NCBI GenBank assembly: GCA_964016885.1
Contig: OZ024757.1
Location: forward strand, 20,584,001 to 20,648,000
Length of the DNA stretch: 64,000 nt
Origin: Eledone cirrhosa
Taxonomy: Eukaryota
Direction: 5' to 3'
Shown: piece by piece, positions 53,835 to 64,000 of the stretch
Layout of the letters: every line of letters begins with the position of its first letter
Numbering within the stretch: position 1 is the first letter of the stretch
Made by a program: the position numbers and the translations under genes
The notes under the pieces: generated by a model
What the model saw: the letters and a program-made list of their open reading frames with translations, nothing else
What the model was told of the DNA's origin: nothing
Database searches by the model: none

Positions 53835-54537
53835 GTATTCGTGTGTGATGGTGCATATATAACAGTTTATATATGTAAAACAATAATATTTGTTTCTACT
53901 TTTGGCACAAGTCAAGCAATTACCCCAGTGTATTACTGGTACTTTATTCACACACACATATTTTATATATATATATATATATGTATACGTGTGTGATGGT
54001 GCATATATAACAGTTTATATATGTAAAACAATAATATTTGTTTCTACTTTTGGCACAAGGCCAGCAATTACCCCAGTGTATTACTGGTACTTTATTCACA
54101 CACACATATTTTATATATATATATATATGTATACGTGTGTGATGGTGCATATATAACAGTTTATATATGTAAAACAATAATATTTGTTTCTACTTTTGGC
54201 ACAAGTCCAGCAATTACCCCAGTGTATTACTGGTACTTTATTCACACACACATATTTTATATATATATATATATGTATACGTGTGTGATGGTGCATATAT
54301 AACAGTTTATATATGTAAAACAATAATATTTGTTTCTACTTTTGGCACAAGGCCAGCAATTACCCAAGTGTATTACTGGTACTTTATTCACACACACATA
54401 TTTTATATATATATATATATGTATACGTGTGTGATGGTGCATATATAACAGTTTATATATGTAAAACAATAATATTTGTTTCTACTTTTGGCACAAGGCC
54501 AGCAATTACCCCAGTGTATTACTGGTACTTTATTCAC

Positions 54538-54578
<41 letters not shown>

Positions 54579-54700
54579 GTATACGTGTGTGATGGTGCAT
54601 ATATAACAGTTTATATATGTAAAACAATAATATTTGTTTCTACTTTTGGCACAAGGCCAGCAATTACCCCAGTGTATTACTGGTACTTTATTTTATCGAC
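53335..54700 (+). repeat. ~146-160-bp tandem repeat (~9 units) that includes a SINE B tail and flanking DNA
   Basis: Each unit reads (TA)n-GTATACGTGTGTGATGGTGC...TTGTTTCTACTTTTGGCACAAGGCCAGCAATTACCCCAGTG...(CA)n. The last unit continues into SINE B. Confidence 0.9.
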
Positions 54701-54927
54701 CCTGACCCCCCTGTAAGAATGAAATGGCAAAGTTAACCTTGGCGGAATATAAATGCTGCTGTATATAACTGCATTTAACCATCAATACTATGTGGACAGT
54801 AATATTGATGGTTAAATGCAGTTATATACACACCAGCATTTATATATAGTTTTGTAATGACGATAATGTTTATATGTTTATGTATCTATATTTATGATGG
54901 TGATGATGATGATGTCTATATAAAATA

Positions 54928-54979
<52 letters not shown>

Positions 54980-55150
54980 TAGCTGAGGTACCCATCTTTG
55001 CCAAGGTTAACAAGACCGGCAGAAGAGAAAATGTCTGTATTGAATGCATTGTCTGTTACAGTGTGTGTGTGTATGTGTGTATATATATATGTGTGTGTGT
55101 CTGTATATATACATGTGTGTGTGCGCCTGTGTGAGTGTTCACACCAACAG

Positions 55151-55201
<51 letters not shown>

Positions 55202-55206
55202 TACAC

Positions 55207-55239
<33 letters not shown>

Positions 55240-55244
55240 CATAC

Positions 55245-55317
<73 letters not shown>

Positions 55318-55322
55318 TACAC

Positions 55323-55355
<33 letters not shown>

Positions 55356-55360
55356 CATAC

Positions 55361-55407
<47 letters not shown>

Positions 55408-55418
55408 TATACACATAC

Positions 55419-55477
<59 letters not shown>

Positions 55478-55480
55478 TAT

Positions 55481-55547
<67 letters not shown>

Positions 55548-55582
55548 TATATACATGATGGTGCTGACATCTACAGCACTAT

Positions 55583-55626
<44 letters not shown>

Positions 55627-56307
55627 ATACCCTCATAGCTAATCTATAACAATAGATCTTGGACTGCATACAATCAATTATCTCACTTGTATTTGTCTAC
55701 TACTACTACGCCACCGCTACTACTATTACCACCACCAACATCACTACTACACTACCACTGCCTCTACCACCACTACTACTACATTACCACCACCTCCACT
55801 ACAATTATTTCTACCACTACTACTACTATTACCACCACCTCCACTACAATTATTATTACCACTACTACTACTACTACCACCAACATCACTACTACACTAC
55901 CACTGCCTCTACCACCACTACTACTACACTACCACCATCATCCCTACTACATTACCACCACCTCCACTACAATTACTACCACCACCACCACTACTACTAC
56001 TACTACCACCACCAACATCCTTATTACATAACCACCATCTTCACTACTATTACCACTACTTCTTTTTCCTGAAATGCTAGAAATAGCAGCTAAGCATCCA
56101 TTCAATCATACTCTACCATATTTACAAGAGGAGGGTCACATGATCGGAGTCTTGTAGTAAATAGATAAGCTGATCACTGATCAAATATCAAATATTTCTC
56201 AACACACCCTCACCTGGGGCTAACACCAGCCATCACCACTTCGGCCAATCCCTGTTCAACTTCTTCAAGTTTCACCTGGGAAGTAAGGTGAGGGTGGAGA
56301 GAGGAGT

Positions 56308-59300
56308 GCTGTGGTCACCTATATCTAATGTGACCTATGACCAGTGTTTCAGCTGTGGTCACCTATATCTAATATGACCTATAACCAGTGTTTCAGCTGT
56401 GGTCACCTATATCTAAAGTGACCTATGACCAGTGTTTCAGCTGTGGTCACCTATATCTAATGTGACCTATGACCAGTGTTTCAGCTGTGGTCACCTATAT
56501 CTAATGTGACCTATGACCAGTTTTTCAGCTGTGGTCACCTATATCTAATGTGACCTATGACCAGTGTTTCAGCTGTGGTCACCTATATCTAATGTGACCT
56601 ATGACCAGTGTTTCAGCTGTGGTCACCTATATCTAATGAGACCTATGACCAGTGTTTCAGCTGTGGTCACCTATATCTAATGTGACCTATGACCAGTGTT
56701 TCAGCTGCGGTCACCTATATCTAATGTGACCTATGACCAGTGTTTCAGTTGTGGTCACCTATATCTAATGTGACCTATGACCAGTGTTTCAGCTGTGGTC
56801 ACCTCTATCTAATCTGACTTATGACCAGTTTTTCAGTTGCGGTCACCTATATCTCATGTGACCTATGACCAGTGTTTCAGCTGTGGTCACCTATATCTAA
56901 TGTGACCTATGACCAGTGTTTCAGCTGTGGTCACCTATATCTAATGTGACCTATGACCAGTATTTCAGCTGTGGTCACCTATATCTAATGTGACCTATGA
57001 CCAGTGTTTCAGTTGTGGTCACCTATATCTAGTGTGACCTATGGCCAGTGTTTCAGTTGTGGTCACCTATATCTAATGTGACCTATGACCAGTGTTTCAG
57101 CTGTGGTCACCTATATCTAAAGTGACCTATGACCAGTGTTTCAGTTGTGGTCACCTGTATCTAATGTGACCTATGACCAGTGTTTCAGCTGTGGTCACCT
57201 ATATCTAATGTGACCTATGACCAGTGTTTCAGCTGTGGTCACCTATATCTAATGTGACCTATGACCAGTGTTTCAGCTGTGGTCACCTATATCTAATGTG
57301 ACCTATGACCAGTGTTTCAGCTGTGGTCACCTGTATCTAATGTGACCTATGACCAGTGTTTCAGCTGTGGTCACCTATATCTAATGTGACCTATGACCAG
57401 TGTTTCAGCTGTGGTCACCTATATCTAATGTGACCTATGACCAGTGTTTCAGTTGTGGTCACCTGTATCTAATGTGACCTATGACCAGTGTTTCAGCTGT
57501 GGTCACCTATATCTAATGTGACCTATGACCAGTGTTTCAGCTGTGGTCACCTATATCTAATGTGACCTATGACCAGTGTTTCAGCTGTGGTCACCTATAT
57601 CTAATGTGACCTTAGACCAGTGTTTCAGCTGTGGTCACCTATATCTAATGTGACCTATGACCAGTGTTTCAGCTGTGGTCACCTATATCTAATATGACCT
57701 ATGACCAGTGTTTCAGTTGTGGTCACCTATATCTAATGTGACCTATGACCAGTGTTTCAGCTGTGGTCACCTATATCTAATGTGACCTATGACCAGTATT
57801 TCAGCTGTGGTCACCTATATCTAATATGACCTATGACCAGTGTTTCAGCTGTGGTCACCTATATCTAATGTGACCTATGACCAGTGTTTCAGCTGTGGTC
57901 ACCTATATCTAATGTGACCTATGACCAGTGTTTCAGCTGTGGTCACCTATATCTAATGTGACCTATGACCAGTGTTTCAGCTGTGGTCACCTATATCTAA
58001 TATGACCTATGACCAGTGTTTCAGCTGTGGTCACCTATATCTAATGTGACCTATGACCAGTGTTTCAGTTGTGGTCACCTATATCTAATGTGACCTATGA
58101 CCAGTGTTTCAGCTGTGGTCACCTATATCTAATGTGACCTATGACCAGTGTTTCAGCTGTGGTCACCTATATCTAATATGACCTATGACCAGTGTTTCAG
58201 CTGTGGTCACCTATATCTAATGTGACCTATGACCAGTGTTTCAGTTGTGGTCACCTATATCTAATGTGACCTATGACCAGTGTTTCAGCTGTGGTCACCT
58301 ATATCTAATGTGACCTATGACCAGTGTTTCAGCTATGGTCACCTATATCTAATGTGACCTATGACGAGTGTTTCAGTTGTGGTCACCTATATCTAATGTG
58401 ACCTATGACCAGTGTTTCAGCTGTGGTCACCTATATCTAATGTGACCTATGACCAGTGTTTCAGCTGTGGTCACCTATATCTAATGTGACCTATGACCAG
58501 TGTTTCAGTTGTGGTCACCTATATCTAATGTGACCTATGACCAGTGTTTCAGCTGTGGTCACCTATATCTAATGTGACCTATGACCAGTGTTTCAGTTGT
58601 GGTCACCTATATCTAATGTGACCTATGACCAGTGTTTCAGTTGTGGTCACCTATATCTAATGTGACCTATGACCAGTGTTTCAGCTGTGGTCACCTATAT
58701 CTAATGTGACCTTAGACCAGTGTTTCAGCTGTGGTCACCTATATCTAATGTGACCTATGACCAGTGTTTCAGCTGTGGTCTCCTATATCTAATGTGACCT
58801 TAGACCAGTGTTTCAGCTGTGGTCACCTATATCTAATGTGACCTATGACCAGTGTTTCAGCTGTGGTCACCTATATCTAATATGACCTATGACCAGTGTT
58901 TCAGTTGTGGTCACCTATATCTAATGTGACCTATGACCAGTGTTTCAGCTGTGGTCACCTATATCTAATGTGACCTATGACCAGTATTTCAGCTGTGGTC
59001 ACCTATATCTAATATGACCTATGACCAGTGTTTCAGCTGTGGTCACCTATATCTAATGTGACCTATGACCAGTGTTTCAGCTGTGGTCACCTATATCTAA
59101 TGTGACCTATGACCAGTGTTTCAGCTGTGGTCACCTATATCTAATGTGACCTATGACCAGTGTTTCAGCTGTGGTCACCTATATCTAATATGACCTATGA
59201 CCAGTGTTTCAGCTGTGGTCACCTATATCTAATGTGACCTATGACCAGTGTTTCAGTTGTGGTCACCTATATCTAATGTGACCTATGACCAGTGTTTCAG

Positions 59301-61252
59301 CTGTGGTCACCTATATCTAATGTGACCTATGACCAGTGTTTCAGCTGTGGTCACCTATATCTAATATGACCTATGACCAGTGTTTCAGCTGTGGTCACCT
59401 ATATCTAATGTGACCTATGACCAGTGTTTCAGTTGTGGTCACCTATATCTAATGTGACCTATGACCAGTGTTTCAGCTGTGGTCACCTATATCTAATGTG
59501 ACCTATGACCAGTGTTTCAGCTATGGTCACCTATATCTAATGTGACCTATGACGAGTGTTTCAGTTGTGGTCACCTATATCTAATGTGACCTATGACCAG
59601 TGTTTCAGCTGTGGTCACCTATATCTAATGTGACCTATGACCAGTGTTTCAGCTGTGGTCACCTATATCTAATGTGACCTATGACCAGTGTTTCAGCTGT
59701 GGTCACCTATATCTAATGTGACCTATGACCAGTGTTTCAGTTGTGGTCACCTATATCTAATGTGACCTATGACCAGTGTTTCAGCTGTGGTCACCTATAT
59801 CTAATGTGACCTTAGACCAGTGTTTCAGCTGTGGTCACCTATATCTAATGTGACCTATGACCAGTGTTTCAGCTGTGGTCTCCTATATCTAATGTGACCT
59901 TAGACCAGTGTTTCAGCTGTGGTCACCTATATCTAATGTGACCTATGACCAGTGTTTCAGCTGTGGTCACCTATATCTAATATGACCTATGACCAGTGTT
60001 TCAGTTGTGGTCACCTATATCTAATGTGACCTATGACCAGTGTTTCAGCTGTGGTCACCTATATCTAATGTGACCTATGACCAGTGTTTCAGTTGTGGTC
60101 ACCTATATCTAATGTGACCTATGACCAGTGTTTCAGCTGTGGTCACCTATATCTAATGTGACCTTAGACCAGTGTTTCAGCTGTGGTCACCTATATCTAA
60201 TGTGACCTATGACCAGTGTTTCAGCTGTGGTCTCCTATATCTAATGTGACCTTAGACCAGTGTTTCAGCTGTGGTCACCTATATCTAATGTGACCTATGA
60301 CCAGTGTTTCAGCTGTGGTCACCTATATCTAATATGACCTATGACCAGTGTTTCAGTTGTGGTCACCTATATCTAATGTGACCTATGACCAGTGTTTCAG
60401 CTGTGGTCACCTATATCTAATGTGACCTATGACCAGTATTTCAGCTGTGGTCACCTATATCTAATATGACCTATGACCAGTGTTTCAGCTGTGGTCACCT
60501 ATATCTAATGTGACCTATGACCAGTGTTTCAGCTGTGGTCACCTATATCTAATGTGACCTATGACCAGTGTTTCAGCTGTGGTCACCTATATCTAATGTG
60601 ACCTATGACCAGTGTTTCAGCTGTGGTCACCTATATCTAATATGACCTATGACCAGTGTTTCAGCTGTGGTCACCTATATCTAATGTGACCTATGACCAG
60701 TGTTTCAGTTGTGGTCACCTATATCTAATGTGACCTATGACCAGTGTTTCAGCTGTGGTCACCTATATCTAATGTGACCTATGACCAGTGTTTCAGCTGT
60801 GGTCACCTATATCTAATATGACCTATGACCAGTGTTTCAGCTGTGGTCACCTATATCTAATGTGACCTATGACCAGTGTTTCAGTTGTGGTCACCTATAT
60901 CTAATGTGACCTATGACCAGTGTTTCAGCTGTGGTCACCTATATCTAATGTGACCTATGACCAGTGTTTCAGCTGTGGTCACCTACATCTAATGTGACCT
61001 ATGACGAGTGTTTCAGTTGTGGTCACCTATATCTAATGTGACCTATGACCAGTGTTTCAGCTGTGGTCACCTATATCTAATGTGACCTATGACCAGTGTT
61101 TCAGCTGTGGTCACCTATATCTAATGTGACCTATGACCAGTGTTTCAGCTGTGGTCACCTATATCTAATGTGACCTATGACCAGTGTTTCAGTTGTGGTC
61201 ACCTATATCTAATGTGACCTATGACCAGTGTTTCAGCTGTCGTCACCTATAT
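56308..61252 (+). repeat. 44-bp satellite, ~112 monomers, with higher-order blocks
   Basis: Monomer GCTGTGGTCACCTATATCTAATGTGACCTATGACCAGTGTTTCA. Confidence 0.95.
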
Positions 61253-61813
61253 CCAAGGAGGTGACTGTACTTTAATATAATACTAACAGGGGTCACTGTA
61301 CTTTTGTCACCATATCTCTAATGAAAGAAATTCTCTTTCATTTAATTAATTGTTTCTACTTTAGGCACAAGGCCAGCAAATACCCAGTGCATTACTGGTA
61401 CTTTATTTAATTAATGAAGAATTTTGAGGAATTTATGAAAATTATCAATGATTCTATTACTAAATTTAAACTGGAATCCTTTAGAATGGTTGATTTTATT
61501 TGAGAGGACCATAGCTGGTTTTGGCTGGATTGGTATACTAAATGTAACAAATTTTGAGGGATTTACTAACATTTTAAAACAACCAGTAGCTCACATTCTT
61601 AAGATAGCAACTTAAGGGATGGTTTTTATATAAAATTATGTTGGAAGATTTTAATTTAAATTAAAATGAATGGCTTTGTTTCATAGAACCAGAGAAAAAG
61701 AGAGGGAGAAGAAAAGGAGAGAGAGCAGAGCAAAGAAGAGAGGGGGAGAGAAGGGGAAAGAGAGAAAAAAAAGAAGAGAAAAGAGAGAAAGAAGTAGAAT
61801 ATACCAACAGCTT

Positions 61814-64000
61814 CAGTCACCTCTGTTAGTATCACAGTACAGTCACCTCTGTTAGTATCACAGTACAGTCACCTCTGTTAGTATCACAGTACAGTCACCT
61901 CTGTTAGTATCACAGTACAGTCACCTCTGTTAGTATCACAGTACAGTCACCTCTGTTAGTTTTACAGTACAGTCACCTGTTAGTATTATAGTACAGTCAC
62001 CTCTGTTAGTATTATAGTACAGTCATCGCTGTTAGTATCACAGTACAGTCACCTCTGTTAGTATTACAGTACAGTCACCTGTTAGTATCGCAGTACAGTC
62101 ACCTGTTAGTATTATAGTACAGTCATCGCTGTTAGTATCACATTACAGTCACCTCTGTTAGTATCACAGTACAGTCACCTCTGTTAGTATTACAGTACAG
62201 TCACCTGTTAGTATCGCAGTACAGTCACCTGTTAGTATTATAGTACAGTCATCGCTGTTAGTATCACAGTACAGTCACCTCTGTTAGTATCACAGTACAG
62301 TCACCTCTGTTAGTATCACAGTACAGTCACCTCTGTTAGTTTTACAGTACAGTCACCTGTTAGTATTATAGTACAGTCACCTCTGTTAGTATTATAGTAC
62401 AGTCATCGCTGTTAGTATCACAGTACAGTCACCTCTGTTAGTATTACAGTACAGTCACCTGTTAGTATCGCAGTACAGTCACCTGTTAGTATTATAGTAC
62501 AGTCATCGCTGTTAGTATCACATTACAGTCACCTCTGTTAGTATCACAGTACAGTCACCTCTGTTAGTATTACAGTACAGTCACCTGTTAGTATTATAGT
62601 ACAGTCATCGCTGTTAGTATCACAGTACAGTCACCTCTGTTAGTATCACAGTACAGTCACCTCTGTTAGTATCACAGTACAGTCACCTCTGTTAGTATCA
62701 CAGTACAGTCACCTCTGTTAGTATTACAGTACAGTCACCTCTGTTAGTATCACAGTAGTCACCTCTGTTAGTATTACAGTACAGTCACCTCTGTTAGTAT
62801 TACAGTACAGTCAGCTGTTAGTATTACAGTACAGTCACCTCTGTTAGTATTACAGTACAGTCATCTCTGTTAGTATTACAGTACAGTCACCTCTGTTAGT
62901 ATTACAGTACAGTCACCTCTGTTAGTTTTACAGTACAGTCACCTGTTAGTATTATAGTACAGTCACCTCTGTTAGTATTATAGTACAGTCACCTCTGTTA
63001 GTATTACAGTCATCGCTGTTAGTATTACAGTACAGTCACCTCTGTTAGTATTACAGTACAGTCACCTCTGTTAGTATTACAGTACAGTCACCTCTGTTAG
63101 TATTACAGTACAGTCACCTCTGTTAGTATTACAGTACAGTCACCTCTGTTAGTATTACAGTACAGTCACCTCTGTTAGTATTACAGTACAGTCATCTCTG
63201 TTAGTATTACAGTACAGTCACCTCTGTTAGTATTACAGTACAGTCACCTCTGTTAGTATTACAGTACAGTCACCTCTGTTAGTATTACAGTACAGTCACC
63301 TCTGTTAGTATTACAGTACAGTCGCCTCTGTTAGTTTTACAGTACAGTCACCTGTTAGTATTATAGTACAGTCACCTCTGTTAGTATTATAGTACAGTCA
63401 TCGCTGTTAGTATCACAGTACAGTCACCTCTGTTAGTATTACAGTACAGTCACCTGTTAGTATCGCAGTACAGTCACCTGTTAGTATTATAGTACAGTCA
63501 TCGCTGTTAGTATCACATTACAGTCACCTCTGTTAGTATCACAGTACAGTCACCTCTGTTAGTATTACAGTACAGTCACCTGTTAGTATTATAGTACAGT
63601 CATCGCTGTTAGTATCACAGTACAGTCACCTCTGTTAGTATCACAGTACAGTCACCTCTGTTAGTATCACAGTACAGTCACCTCTGTTAGTATCACAGTA
63701 CAGTCACCTCTGTTAGTATCACAGTACAGTCACCTCTGTTAGTATTACAGTACAGTCACCTCTGTTAGTATCACAGTAGTCACCTCTGTTAGTATTACAG
63801 TACAGTCACCTCTGTTAGTATTACAGTACAGTCAGCTGTTAGTATTACAGTACAGTCACCTCTGTTAGTATTACAGTACAGTCATCTCTGTTAGTATTAC
63901 AGTACAGTCACCTCTGTTAGTATTACAGTACAGTCACCTCTGTTAGTTTTACAGTACAGTCACCTGTTAGTATTATAGTACAGTCACCTCTGTTAGTATT
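61814..64000 (+). repeat. 26/24-bp satellite running off the window end
   Basis: Monomer CAGTCACCTCTGTTAGTATCACAGTA and variants. Confidence 0.95.

Noticed and set aside
56214-56275. Possible 62-nt minus-strand exon (VKLEEVEQGLAEVVMAGVSP) with AG/GT boundaries
   Set aside because: Phase 0/2 does not fit the phase-1 acceptor at 35885, there is no navigator similarity, and the donor overlaps a dispersed repeat motif (TAGCCCCAGGT, also at ~9911). RNA-seq could revive it.
56308-64000. CRISPR-like appearance of the regular arrays (also 30925-31580 and 44350-45065)
   Set aside because: There are no unique spacers and no cas genes, and the context is eukaryotic. These are head-to-tail satellites.

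Overview
AT-rich, repeat-saturated animal genomic DNA. The SINE/LINE complement, the divergent 28S fragment and the microsatellite load suggest an octopod cephalopod (inference). The window lies inside a large minus-strand gene of the neuron navigator family (NAV1/2/3, Drosophila sickie, C. elegans unc-53). One 2,344-nt coding exon (33542-35885) is clear, and a phase-compatible candidate alternative first exon lies at 43987-44110. The remainder is intron. It holds two abundant tRNA-derived SINE families, decayed RTE, Tx1/L1, CR1-like and CRE-like LINE fragments, Helitron-like ends, MITEs, SINE-derived minisatellites and two satellites with higher-order structure. Three observations stand out. 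(1) About ten minimal type I hammerhead ribozyme motifs from several unrelated sequence families, several in long fold-back inverted repeats as in Penelope-like elements. (2) A 28S rRNA-SINE chimeric retrocopy carrying the sarcin-ricin loop, bounded by a 9-bp target-site duplication. (3) A ~5-kb 44-bp satellite in which each monomer carries a nuclear-receptor DR1-like site and a hairpin. Almost all ORFs in the supplied track are microsatellite or SINE artefacts. All calls were made by eye, without database searches.
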